This document shows positions 1-11,000 of a stretch of DNA of 32,000 nt, piece after piece. A program made the translations under genes and the position numbers. How positions within the stretch are numbered: position 1 is the stretch's first letter; the number at the start of each line of letters is the position of its first letter. The notes below the pieces were generated by a model. It was not told the origin of the DNA and did not search any database. It saw nothing but the letters and a program-made list of their open reading frames with translations. The stretch spans positions 570,001 to 602,000 of the forward strand of contig NC_017080.1 in the NCBI RefSeq assembly GCF_000284115.1, in the 5' to 3' direction. The DNA comes from Phycisphaera mikurensis NBRC 102666 (lineage in GTDB: Bacteria; Planctomycetota; Phycisphaerae; Phycisphaerales; Phycisphaeraceae).

Positions 1-475
1 GCACGTAGCGTGTCTTCGCGTGGTCGCCCTTGCCGGTGAGCGTGACGCGCTCGCTCTCCCAGCGTGAGGAGAAGTCCAGCCCCTTGGGCTCGGTTGCGTT
101 GGCGTAGCCGCCGCCGTCCTCCTGAAGCGTCGTGAAGACGTTCAGCGGGCCGTCGGCCTTGCTGCTGAAGGTGAGCGTGTAGCGGACGCCGTCCTCGACG
201 GGGCTGCCGGCGTAGTTCATCAGCTGCACGTGCCAGGCCTTGTCCGTGACCTTCGTCACATCGATCACCAGCGCCGGCTTGCCGTCGGGCCCCCCCTCGG
301 GGTCGAGCCTGAGCGTCGCCTCGGCGCCGGCTTGGGTCTCCAGGCCCCAGCCGGCGGTGCCGGCCTCCAGCGAGGCGTTGGCGAGCGACGCCGCGGCGGC
401 GGGGCGGGCCGCCGGGGCGAGCGAGCAGGCGGCAAGGACGAGCAGCGGGAGGATCCGGCGGGAGAGCAGCACCAT
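1..475 (-). CDS. Secreted protein or lipoprotein with a CBM4/9-like carbohydrate-binding module (N-terminal part; gene continues past the window edge)
   Basis: Absent from the ORF track because it is open at the window edge. My translation of the minus strand from the ATG at 475-473 gives MVLLSRRILPLLVLAACSLAPAARP (signal peptide with an L-A-A-C lipobox-like site). It continues ...GKPALVIDVTKVTDKAWHVQLMNYAGSPVEDGVRYTLTFSSKADGPLNVFTT..., the W-x-V-Q-L / Y-T-L-x-F-x-x-K-A pattern typical of CBM_4_9 modules. Confidence 0.55.
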   Translation of the reverse strand, partial: MVLLSRRILPLLVLAACSLAPAARPAAAASLANASLEAGTAGWGLETQAGAEATLRLDPEGGPDGKPALVIDVTKVTDKAWHVQLMNYAGSPVEDGVRYTLTFSSKADGPLNVFTTLQEDGGGYANATEPKGLDFSSRWESERVTLTGKGDHAKTRYV

Positions 476-648
476 GAGGGAGAACCGATCGGGGGCGGGG
501 AAGCGGGCGCCCGGAGAGGAAGCCGTTCCAAGGTAAAGCCGGGGGAAGCGGCGTTCTCTGCGCTTCGGCGCGTGGGGTTCTTCGTCCCGCGCACCACGCC
601 CGCCCGTCGCCGCCACGCCGGCCGCCCGGCGGTAGCGTCGGGCGGCGT

Positions 649-1962
649 ATGCCGCCGCTGAACGTCCTCTACCTGCACTCCCACGACACCGGCCGCTTCG
701 TGCGGCCGCACGGCCACGCGGTGCCCACGCCCAACCTGCAGGCCTTCGCCGAGCGGGGCGTGCTGTTCCGCCAGGCCTTCTCCGCCGGCCCGACGTGCTC
801 GCCCAGCCGGGCGACGCTCTTCACGGGCCGGCCGCCGCACGCGGTGGGCATGTACGGGCTCGCCCACGAGGGCTGGTCGCTGGAGCCCGGGTGCGAGACC
901 CTCGTCACCACGCTCGGCCGCGCCGGCTACCGGACGGTGCTCGGCGGGTTCCAGCACCTCACCGCCTGGGCCGACGACGACTGGCGGACGCTCGGCTACG
1001 CCGCCGCCAGCCCCGCCCGCAACGGCACGGCCGCGGAGCGGACCGCGGCCGCGTGCGCCTTCCTGCGGGGCCCGCACGACCGCCCGTTCTTCCTGGACCT
1101 CGGCTTCATCGAGACCCACCGCCGGGGCGACGCGGACCGCGACGGCGAGCCGATCCAGTGGCACAACGGCCGGTCCGAACCACTCGGCGATCCGCGGTAC
1201 GTCCGCGTGCCCGCGACGCTCCCGGACACGCCTGCGACCCGCACCGACTTCGCCGACTTCCTCGCCTCCGCAGAGCGCCTGGACCGCTGCTGCGGCGAGG
1301 TGCTCGCAGCGCTCGACGCGGCCGGCCTCCGCGAAGACACGATCGTCCTGATCACCACCGACCACGGCATCGCCTTCCCCGGGATGAAGTGCAACCTCAC
1401 CGATCACGGCACCGGCGTGCTGATGATGCTCGCCGGGCCGGAGCGGCTCGGGCTCGCCGGCGGCCGCGTGATCGACGCGATGGTGACGCACGCCGACGTC
1501 TTCCCCTCGCTCTGCGGGTGGCTGGGCCTGCCCGAGCCTCCGGGCCTGACCGGCCGCTCGCTCGCGCCGCTGCTCGACGGGCGGCTGGATCCCGCGCAGC
1601 CCGACGCGCTCCACGACGCCGTCTTCACGCAGGTCAACCACCACCTCCGCCGCGAGGTGGAGCGTGCGATCCGCACCCCGCGCTTCAAGTACATCCGCCG
1701 GTACCAGGACGACCCGATCACGGCCCACAGCACCGACGCCTCGGTGTCGGAGCGGGTGATGCGTGAAGCCGGCTGGGGCGAGCAGCCGCTGCCCGCGGAG
1801 CGGCTGCACGACCTCTGGCTCGACCCGCAGGAGTCCTGCGACCTCGCCGCAGGAGCCGAGCACGCCGGCACGGTCGCCGCCCTGCGCGGAAGCCTCGAGG
1901 CGTGGATGCGACGCCACGGCGACCCGGCGCTGCGCCACGCGGTGCCCGAGCCCGCCCGCTGA
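649..1962 (+). CDS. Formylglycine-dependent sulfatase (type I sulfatase family)
   Basis: 437-aa ORF with N-terminal NVLYLHSHD and the sulfatase signature GPTCSPSRATLFTGR (C-x-P-x-R formylglycine motif). Downstream TTDHG and KCNL motifs are also present. No signal peptide is visible. Confidence 0.9.
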   Translation: MPPLNVLYLHSHDTGRFVRPHGHAVPTPNLQAFAERGVLFRQAFSAGPTCSPSRATLFTGRPPHAVGMYGLAHEGWSLEPGCETLVTTLGRAGYRTVLGGFQHLTAWADDDWRTLGYAAASPARNGTAAERTAAACAFLRGPHDRPFFLDLGFIETHRRGDADRDGEPIQWHNGRSEPLGDPRYVRVPATLPDTPATRTDFADFLASAERLDRCCGEVLAALDAAGLREDTIVLITTDHGIAFPGMKCNLTDHGTGVLMMLAGPERLGLAGGRVIDAMVTHADVFPSLCGWLGLPEPPGLTGRSLAPLLDGRLDPAQPDALHDAVFTQVNHHLRREVERAIRTPRFKYIRRYQDDPITAHSTDASVSERVMREAGWGEQPLPAERLHDLWLDPQESCDLAAGAEHAGTVAALRGSLEAWMRRHGDPALRHAVPEPAR

Positions 1963-2178
1963 GCGGGCTCCGCCACGCCCGCACCCGCTCCGACCCGCGG
2001 ACCGCCGGCGCCGTGGACGCGCAGACGCGGCGGTCCGCGGCGCCGGCTCGTAGGCATCCGAAGAACTCCTTGGGGGTGGCACCCGGTCGCCGGCCGGTTC
2101 CGGAAGACGTGCCGAAGGTTGAGCGTGGCACCCCGACCCGAGCGGGCTCGAACGCCCGGGCTCATCCGGTGCCGCGTG

Positions 2179-3096
2179 TCACTCCACGTTTTGAACCTGC
2201 TCCTTGAGCCGGTCGATCAGCGTCTTGAGATTCACGACCCGACGCGAGATCTCGGCGTCGGCGCTCTTGGCTCCCAGCGTGTTGACCTCGCGGAGCATCT
2301 CCTGGGCGAGGAAGTCCAGCGTGCGGCCGGCGGGCTCGCCGGTGTCGCGGGCGACCACCTCGGCGAACTGGTCGAGGTGGCCGCGCAGGCGGGCGAGCTC
2401 TTCGCTGACGTCGCAGCGGTCGGCGAAGAGCGCGACCTCGCGGGCGAGGTCGGCGGGCTCCAGGCGAGGAGCCCCGGCGGCGGGCAGGTCGACGCGGGCG
2501 AGCAGCTCGGCCACGCGCGCGGTGAGCCGGTCGTGGTGGCGGTGGACGGTGGAGGCGGCGGCGGCCGCCGCCGCCTCCACCTCGGCGGCCATCAGCTCGC
2601 GGTGCCGGGCGAGGTCGGCGGCAACGGTCTGGCCCTCCTCGGCCCGCATCGCGTTGAGGCGGTCGGCGGCCTCGTCCAGCAGCCCCAGCAGCACGGGCCG
2701 GGCGAGGTCCAGGGCGTCCCGGCCGCCGGCCGCCTCCTCCACCACGCCGGGCAGCGCCAGCAGGGCGGCGAGGTCGACGCGGGTCTCCTCGGCCCGCTCG
2801 CCCAGGTGCGACCGCAGCACGTCGAGCTGGCCGAGGTAGCCGCGGATCGCGGGCTCGTTGAGGCGGTGCGGGGCGTGGGTCCCGGTCTCGGTGATCCGCA
2901 CGGCGAGCGCGAAGGAGCCGCGGGCGAACCGTTTCCGCAGGGCCGCCTCGAGCTCGGCGTCCAGGCCGGCGAGCTGGTCGGGCAGCCGCGCGTGGCACTT
3001 GAAGAAGCGGTGGTTGAGGCTCCGCAGCTCGACGGCGTGATGGACGCCGCCGGCTTCGGTGGAGGCCTGGCCGAAGCCGGTCATCGAGAGGATCAT
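2179..3096 (-). CDS. yicC: YicC-family protein (stress-induced, endoribonuclease family; YicC_N plus DUF1732)
   Basis: 305-aa ORF. It starts MILSMTGFGQA...VELRSLNHRF and ends ...LAQEMLREVNTLGAKSADAEISRRVVNLKTLIDRLKEQVQNVE, which are the typical YicC N- and C-terminal motifs. Confidence 0.9.
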   Translation of the reverse strand: MILSMTGFGQASTEAGGVHHAVELRSLNHRFFKCHARLPDQLAGLDAELEAALRKRFARGSFALAVRITETGTHAPHRLNEPAIRGYLGQLDVLRSHLGERAEETRVDLAALLALPGVVEEAAGGRDALDLARPVLLGLLDEAADRLNAMRAEEGQTVAADLARHRELMAAEVEAAAAAAASTVHRHHDRLTARVAELLARVDLPAAGAPRLEPADLAREVALFADRCDVSEELARLRGHLDQFAEVVARDTGEPAGRTLDFLAQEMLREVNTLGAKSADAEISRRVVNLKTLIDRLKEQVQNVE

Positions 3097-3166
3097 GGAG
3101 CGGCTCGGCGGTGCGGAGGGGGTGCACCCGGAAGCGTTGGGGGCGCGATCCCGCCGACGCGCCGGA

Positions 3167-3745
3167 TCAGTCGGCCGCCGGCGCGGGGGTGCCGGGCCCC
3201 GGCTGCGGGTCCGCCGGCTCGCCGGCCACCGCGTCGAGCACGTCGTCGACGAGGTCGTGGGCGGTCATGTCGGCGGCGACGGGCTCGCGGTTGGCGTTGT
3301 TGGCGGTGGCCGAGTCGGGGTCGTCGCCGGTGGTGGGCGTGATGGGCGTCGCGCCGTCGGCTCCGTCCGCGGTGGCGGTCTCGGCGGCGTCGCCGGCGGG
3401 CGCGGCTTCCGCTTCCGCCGCAGCGGCGTCGTCCATCGGGATCTCGAAGACCGGCACCGCCGCCTCGGCCTCGGGCGTGGTGGTCCAGGTGAGGCCCATC
3501 GCCAGCAGCACGAAGACGACGAAGCACGAGGCGGTCACGATGGTGAGGAAGTCGCCGACCTTCGCTCCCACAAACGCCCCCTCGTTGCCGCCGGCGCCGC
3601 CGAAGGCGCCCGAGAGCCCGCCGCCCTTGGGCTTCTGCACGAGGATGATGAGCATCATCAACACCGAGACGAGCGCGAAGAGGGCGGCCAGGACGGTGAC
3701 GAGCACCGGGACGGCGAGGGTGAGCGGGAGGAGCGTGGCGGGCAT
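3167..3745 (-). CDS. secG: Preprotein translocase subunit SecG with a long C-terminal low-complexity extension
   Basis: The N-terminal 80 aa or so match SecG: TM1, then LVQKPKGGGLSGAFGGAGG, then TM2. The gene lies immediately downstream of tpiA, the classic tpiA-secG order. About 110 extra Ala/Asp/Pro-rich residues follow. Confidence 0.85.
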   Translation of the reverse strand: MPATLLPLTLAVPVLVTVLAALFALVSVLMMLIILVQKPKGGGLSGAFGGAGGNEGAFVGAKVGDFLTIVTASCFVVFVLLAMGLTWTTTPEAEAAVPVFEIPMDDAAAAEAEAAPAGDAAETATADGADGATPITPTTGDDPDSATANNANREPVAADMTAHDLVDDVLDAVAGEPADPQPGPGTPAPAAD

Positions 3746-3787
3746 GGCGGAGGGGCCGGCGGGGGCCGGGGGGCGGGGGCGGCCGGC

Positions 3788-4567
3788 TCAGGCCGCGGCG
3801 GAGACGATCGCGAGGAAGTCGGTGCTCTGGAGGGCGGCGCCGCCGATGAGGCCGCCGTCGACGTCGGCGCCGGCGAGCAGGTCCCCCGCGTTGCCGGGCT
3901 TCATCGACCCGCCGTACTGGATGCGCACGCCCGCGGCGGCGTCGGCGCCGTAGAGCGAGACGAGGGCCCGGCGGATCGCCGCGTGGGCGGCCTGGGCGTC
4001 TTCGGGGCTGGCGGTGCGGCCGGTGCCGATCGCCCAGACCGGCTCGTAAGCGACCGTGACGCGGGCGAGGCGCTCGGCGGGCACGCCGGCCAGCCCCAGC
4101 GCGAGCTGGCCGGCGTTGACGGCGTCGGTGCGGCCGTTCTCCCGCTGCTCGAGCTTCTCGCCGATCGCGAGCGTGACGTCGAGGCCGGCCTCCAGCGCCG
4201 CGAGCACCTTCTCGTTCACGAGGGCGTCGCTCTCGCCGAGGACGTGGCGGCGCTCGGAGTGGCCCACGAGCACGGAGGCGACGCCGAGGTCGCTCAGCAT
4301 CGACAGCGAGGTCTCGCCGGTGAAGGCCCCGTCGGGCTGGAAGTAGGCGTTCTGCGCGCCCACGGCGATCGGGGAACCCTTCAGCGTGTCCGCGACCGCC
4401 GCGAGGTGCGGCATCGCCGGGAACACCGTGACGTCGACCCGGTCCTGCGTCGCCCCGGCCACGCCGTCCCGCAGCGCCGCCGCGAGCGAGCGGGCGGCGT
4501 CGAGCGTCAGATTCATCTTCCAGTTGCCGCCGATGTGGGGGCGGCGGGTGGGGGTCGGCGTGGGCAA
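3788..4567 (-). CDS. tpiA: Triosephosphate isomerase
   Basis: Contains GGNWKMN near the N-terminus, plus VLVGHSERR, AYEPVWAIGTG and QYGGS motifs. The ORF track extends to 4726, but conserved TPI sequence begins at HIGGNWKMN. An in-frame TTG at 4567 gives about 259 aa, the normal TPI length. The start remains uncertain. Confidence 0.9.
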   Translation of the reverse strand: MPTPTPTRRPHIGGNWKMNLTLDAARSLAAALRDGVAGATQDRVDVTVFPAMPHLAAVADTLKGSPIAVGAQNAYFQPDGAFTGETSLSMLSDLGVASVLVGHSERRHVLGESDALVNEKVLAALEAGLDVTLAIGEKLEQRENGRTDAVNAGQLALGLAGVPAERLARVTVAYEPVWAIGTGRTASPEDAQAAHAAIRRALVSLYGADAAAGVRIQYGGSMKPGNAGDLLAGADVDGGLIGGAALQSTDFLAIVSAAA

Positions 4568-4847
4568 GCGGGGCTTCCGGGGGTTCAGGGGCGAAACAGC
4601 GGGCGGGGATGATAAAGGTTCCACCCGAGCCGCGGACCGCGACACTTCTCGCGCCGTGCGAGCCGCGGTCCGCGGGTGGCTGTCGATCGAGAGGACCGGC
4701 CGGTGGCGGAAGCCCGGTTCGGCCACGCGAGAGCATCGCGCACGACCATGGAGCCGTCACCGCCTCGCAGGAAGCCGGGCGGGTCCACGCCGAGCAAGGA
4801 GGCTCGCCGTGGCGTATTCGATCGTTCCGCCGGGTTTCGCGGGGTTC

Positions 4848-4875
4848 GCCGGGGCCTGGCCAACGCGGTTCGGGG
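4848..4875. repeat. Isolated copy of the REP-like motif GCCGGGGCCTGGCCA(A/C)CGCGGTTCGGGG
   Basis: Differs by one base from the units at 16681-16708 and 18797-18887. It lies in the tpiA / giant-gene divergent intergenic region. Confidence 0.6.
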
Positions 4876-5016
4876 CTCCCACGCCGGGAGCCTCACGATC
4901 CGCGGCGAACCCGGGTCTCGCGTACGCCTCGGAAGATCCTTAGGCTGCTGTAGCTGCTGCACCCGCCGCACACCGGCCTCCCCCACCGCACTTCCGGGAA
5001 TCCTGATGCCTCTCTG

Positions 5017-8000
5017 GTGGAACCTCCTGAACCGTCAGGCGAGCCTCGCCCTGCGCCGCGTGCGCAGCTCGGCCCGCCGCCCGCCGCCCGCCGCCCGGCC
5101 GACCTCGAGCCGCTCGAGCAGCGGATCCTGCTGTCCGGCACGTTGGTGTCCTCGCTGAAGGGCCACTGGCGGCTCGATGAAATCGCCGGCTCCACCGCGT
5201 CCAGCGGCGTGGCCGCCGTTCACGCGACTCTCCTCGCGGACGCCGCGTTCGCGCCCGCCGGGGGCCGCCTCGGCGGCGCCCTCTCCCTCTCCGGCTCCGG
5301 GAGCGCCGCCGTCGTCGGCAACGTGCACGACCCCGGCTCCGGCAGCCAGACCGCCAGCATCTGGTTCAGGCGGCCCGGCGGCGGCGCGATCGGCAACGAC
5401 CAGTTCCTCTTTTCCAAGGGCAATCGCTACTCGACCCGCGAGGGCTGGTCGCTGAACCTCGAATCCTCCACGCAGGAGATCCGCTTCCGCGTCAACGGCA
5501 GCGACAGCTCCGCCCAGCGAGCCAGCGTCGAGGCCGACCTGCCGCAGGACGACCGCTGGCACCACCTCGCGGCGGTCATCGATCGCGACGCCGGGACCCT
5601 CCGCGCCTACCTCGACGGCGACGGCTCCGTCTGGCGCACCGGCGGCGGCGGGCCGACCACCCGGAGCCTCGCGTCGGTCACCCACATCGACACCGACGAC
5701 CCGCTGACGCTCGGCGCCGTCCACGACGGCCACCTGCTCCGCGGCAACTTCACCGGCCTGCTCGACGACGCGAGGATCTACGACCGCGGCCTCGGCGAGC
5801 TGGAGATCCAGGCCCTCGCCTCCGGCGCCACCCGCTTCGAGCCTGAGGTTACCGCCACCGGCTCCTCGTCCACCCTCACCGCCGGCGCACCCTCCACGCT
5901 CGGACTCCACGCCGAGCACGCCCGCCCCGACCGCTGGGCCATCGACTGGGGCGACGGCACCAGCGAGGAGCTCGCCGGCGCCGCGGCCTCCCGCGTCCAC
6001 ACCTTCGCTGGCTCCGGCTCCCCGCAGCAGATCGCTGTCACCGCCTTCTACGGAACCGAGGCCTTCCAGGCCCCGATCCGCGACGGCGGCGCCGAGGCCG
6101 ACTTCGCGCTCGGCGGCCGGGCCGTTCTCGACACGGGCAGCCGGAGCTGGATCCGCGACGGCGCCGTGCAGCGCGACGGCAAGCTGGTCGTCGCCGGCGG
6201 CCCGAACTTCACCGTCGCCCGCTTCCTCGCCGACGGCACGCCCGACGCCTCCTTCGGACCGCACGGCACCGGGGTCGTGGAAATCCCCACCGCCGGAGAG
6301 GGCCAAGCGGTCGCCCTCCAGCGCGACGGCAAGATCGTCGTCGCCGGAGGCTCCTGGTTCTCGCTGGCCCGGCTGAACCTCGACGGCTCGCCGGACACGG
6401 GCTTCGGTTCCGCGGGCACCGGCGTCGTCGACGACACCTTCGGCTCGACCTTCGAGGCCAACGACCTTCTGATCCAGGACGACGGCCGCATCGTGCTCGC
6501 CGGCGACGGCGCCGGCGACTTCATCCTCGCCCGCTTCGACCCCGACGGCCGCCGCGACCACTCCTTCGGCGGACCCGGAGCCAACGGCCGCGTGCAGACC
6601 GACCTCTACGGCGCCCGCGACTCCGCCAACGCGATCGCCGCCGGCCGGGACGGACGGCTCTACGTCACCGGTCGCACCACCAGCGCCGGCAGCAGCGACT
6701 ACGACGTGGCGCTCGCCGCTTACTCCGCCGACGGCGGCCTGGACCGGAGCTTCGGCAGCAACGGCCGCGCCCGCGCCGACTTCGGCGACGACGACGAGGC
6801 CGCCTTCGGCATCGACGTGCAGCCCGACGGCCGCGTCGTCGTCGCCGGCCGCTCCCGCGTCTCCGACGCCAACAGCTACGACTTCGCCACCGCCCGCTTC
6901 ACCGCCGGCGGCTTCCTCGACGCCTCCTTCGGCGGCGACGGCACGGTCACCACGCACTTGGGCCGCGGGTACGACGCCGCGTACGGCGTCGTCGTGCTCA
7001 ACACCGGTCAGCTGCTCATCGGCGGCCGCACCTCCGGCCTCGGCACCACCAACGGCTACGACTACGGCGTGGTCCGCCTCGATGCCGACGGCTCGCGAGA
7101 TCTGACCTTCGGTGAGGGCGGCGTCTCCGCGATCGACTTCGAGGGCGAGCGGGACGACGCCGAGGCTCTGGTCGTCGGCAACGACGGGCGGATCTTCCTG
7201 ATCGGGCGAGCCGACGGCAAGATCGGCGTCGCCGCGACGACCGGCTTCGCGGCGCCGGATTCCGGCGGCAGCTTCGGCGCCGGGTGGCGGCTGGCCACGA
7301 TGAAGCCGCACCACGTCTACGGCCCCACCGGCTACGTCGGTGGCGCGCACTACGAGCACCTCCCCATCGTGGCCGAAGACGGCGTCGGTGTGGCCCGGGT
7401 GCTCGCCGGCCAGTCCTTCGTGCTGCCCGGCGACGAGAGCTCGGCGCTGGCCACCACCGGATCGCTGGATTTCACGGCGCAGGCCGGAGCCGCCGCCGCC
7501 TCGGCGGGGCTGATCCTGGCCGGCTTCGCGGAACTGGAAGGATTCGGCGACACACCGAAGCGCAGGCTGAACCTCCGCTGGACGCCCGGCGGCGGCCTCC
7601 TGCTCGAGCAAGGCGGCACGGAGGTGTTCCGGCTGGCCGGTCCATGGGCCGACGGCAACCTCCACCGCTTCACGCTCGCGTGGGAGGGCGATCGCGTCAC
7701 GTTCTTCGCCGACGGAGCCGTCGCCGCGTCCGGCACGCTGGTGGCCGCCACGGACTGGGCATCGTGTTCGCCGATGTTCGGGGACGAGAAGACGGACCAG
7801 CGGGGCACCGCCGCTGCCCAGGTGATCCGCGACGTGACCGTTGGCGAGGGATCTTTCTCGGTGGCGGACGCCGCGGCGGCGGTCGCTGCCGCATCGACCC
7901 CGCTGGCCACGGCTTCTCGAGAAGCCTTCATCGGGTACGAGGCGACCGACGGCAGCTTCTCGCAGAACTTCCTCGCCCAGCGCATCATCTCGCACGACGC

Positions 8001-11000
8001 GGGGGCGCTTGCCGACCCCGCCGAGATCGGCCGCGGCTGGATCCAGGACGGTTCCTTCACGCCGGACGTGCTCCTGCCCGGGCGACCCATCTACCAGACG
8101 CTGCTGTTCGGTGACCCCGGATCTTTTCAGAAAGTTTCGACGGTCTACACCACCGCGTCCGTCTCCGGCCGATCTGACGCCAACCAGATGGTCCGCGTGT
8201 CCAACGGGTGGATCACCGGAGAAGGATCGATGGCGCTGGATCTCACCTCGAAATCGCGGGAGATCCACTGGGGCCTGAACGTCTGGGACCACGATCGCTA
8301 CGTCCAGCACGGACGCTTCAGCCACTACGTGGCGGATGGTGGCGGCGCAGCGAGCACCAACGGCACCCACTCCGACCTCCACCTCGGCTGGACCGATGGC
8401 AAGCGTTTCATCACCTCCGTTCTGCAGGCACCCGCGCCGATCTTCCGCGGGCACGTGAGCATGACCCTCGGCGGTGACCACCGCTTGACCCGGATCGTCC
8501 ACTACCACGACCCCGCCGGATTCGTCGGCTCGGCCCCGATGACGCCGCTTGCCGCCGGTCTTCTGCGGGATCGCACCGGCGACAGCGTGCCGCTCTCGTT
8601 CATCGACGGCCCCGAAGCCGCGCCGGGTCAGACGGTCGGCTATGGCTCGGTGCGGTTGGCCGACGGCTCTTCGCTCGTCGGGATCGGCCTCGGCGCGTAC
8701 CACCACCCGCCGGCGCAGACGCTCGGTGCGTCGACGGCGTTGGGCTCGGGACACGCCCAGACCACCAGCGTCGCTTCGGTGCGTCCCACAGACGCCCGGC
8801 CGGTCTGGATGGGTGCCGCACAGGGCGGATCCACGGAGATCCTCCGTCTGACCTACGACCCGGACGATCTCAGCTCCGCCCGCACCCACCTGGGCACCGG
8901 CTGGATCGACGAGGCGTGGCTGAAGACCACCGACACGCTGAACACCCGCCACTTCATCTCCGCCAATCCCGCGAGCCGCTTCTACCTCGACCCCGACAGC
9001 GACGCCGACGGCGACGGCATCCGCCTTCTCGACGAGCGGCTTTGGTGGAACACCAACCCCGACAGCCTCGACACCGACGGCGACGGCCTGCACGACGACT
9101 ACGAGATCAGCTACCGCCCCGTCCTCGCCGGCCTCGGCGGCACGGTGAATCCTGGCGCTCCCGACGCCGCGAGCGCCTACGCCAGCCAGTCACCCCGGAC
9201 CCAGCTCCGCGAGCTGCAGGTCGGGCAGGGCGACCTCTTCAACCCGCTCGTAAAGGACGACCCCAAGGCCGACTTCGACCGCGACGGCCTGCCGAACTAC
9301 CTCGAATCCTCCTACGGCAGCCACCCCGGCCTCTCCGACACGGATGGCGATGGTGTCTCGGATCTCAAGGAGCACGAGCAGGGCTCCAGCCCGGTGGATC
9401 CCTCCGACCTGGGGCTCGCACCGCCGCTCGCCACAAAAGAGCGCGTGTCCGTCACGGTCGGCGACCCCAGCCCAAGCCACTCCGAGCAGTGGGCGCTGGA
9501 GTTCAACCGCACGACGCCGGGCGGCCCGGGTTCCACCGAGCGGGTCCGCCTGATGGCGCCCGACCACGGCCTGGTCATCACCGAGGACTTCTGGTTCGAC
9601 GTGGGTGCCGACTACACGGGCGTGATCCAGCACGTGGGGTCGAACACCGACCCGCCGGACTACGACTGGACGGCCGACGTCAAGCTGGCGACCGAGCTTC
9701 CGCCGGAGCAGGCGGACCGCCCCCGAGCGGCGTTGACGGTGACCGAGGTCAACAACAAGGATGAGCCGGTGCTGCCCGGAGGCAGCGACTTCAACATCGA
9801 CGAAGGGAAGATCATCGTGCGGCTTCGGCCATCTGTGGAGATTGATCTGGACGTAGATTCCGACAACACGGCCGGCCTGTACGGCGGCCCGGACGGGACC
9901 GACGAGGAGGATGAGCACGAAGACGCTTATGGAGATCCCGAGCACCCGGGAAAGATCCTGCTCGCCAACACGCTCGATCACGACCGCGACCTGATCCCCG
10001 ACTACGCCGACGGCTTCGGGCTCGACGTCGGCATGCCCACCGCAGACCGATCCACAGGCGCCCGCTTCACGCCGCTGAATCTGGAGGTCACCGGCGTCCT
10101 GGAGCTTGTGCCGGAGGCCGTGCTTCGCATCGACTACGCGGCGTCGGTTCCTTTGGAGATCCAGGCCACCCCGTCGGACCTCTTCGCCTTGCCCCAGACC
10201 GGCAACCTCCGGCTCTGGAACCTCGACGCCAGCACGGCACGCAACGGCGAGTCGTTGCTTAACGGGGGGAACTTCGTTGCCCCCGGCGTCTACAGCTTCG
10301 CTGAGCTTGGGCTTAGGCGAGGGGCCTCCAGCGGGCAGTTGTGGCTCGAAGCGGTGGGAGCGAGCGACGTGATTGGCGGCGACCGCATCACCGCATCCGT
10401 CGGGACGCTTCAGGAGGACGACGTCGCGGGTGAAACCTTCTTAACGCTCTTCAGCGACACGGTCGGCTTCACCGCGGTGGAGGTGCAGCTCGAGCAGCGC
10501 AACACCGCGGGCGGCGGCTGGGTAGACGCGAACGGATTCCTGGCCGCCGACCTTCGGCCATTTCCTGACGGCAGCGTTCCGGACCACTTCGTGTACCGCT
10601 TCGCCGTGGAGGACCCACGCTTTGAGGCAGAAACGATCACCCTCGGTAATCACGACCTCTCGCTGAGCGGCGGGTCGGTCCGCTACAGCGAAGAGTTCGG
10701 GGTGGCCCGACCAGGTCAGGCCGGGATGGCAGATTCGAGCTATCTGATCCTCTCGGCGGGCGAAGTCGACTTCTCCTACAACCCGAACGGCAGCTACCCG
10801 GTGGAGTGGGTGGACGACGTGGCCGCCGCGGACCGCGAGGTCGCTGCCGAGGTCGATCGGGCCGTGACGGACATGCACGGGAGGTGGGCGGCTCCGGCTC
10901 CGGAGCCGGGCAACTCGCCGAACCCCGGTGCGTTCGGCAACGAGGTGCATCGCCGCGTCAGCGAGCGGCTGCAGGGGCGGCCGGGTTGGCTCGTGGACGT

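Noticed and set aside
3788-4726. 312-aa version of tpiA with a 53-aa N-terminal extension
   Set aside because: TPI proteins begin a few residues before the GGNWKMN motif, and the extension is Arg/Pro-rich. The in-frame TTG at 4567 gives the canonical length.
5035-9093. 1352-aa ORF antisense to the giant gene, and similar long antisense or alternative-frame ORFs such as 265..2082 (-), 3059..4612 (+), 3093..4760 (-), 20827..23427 (+) and 21914..23221 (+)
   Set aside because: These are stop-codon-poor shadow ORFs, typical of roughly 70% GC DNA. Their translations are Arg/Gly/Ala/Pro low-complexity strings without motifs. The opposite or alternate frame encodes recognisable domains in each case.
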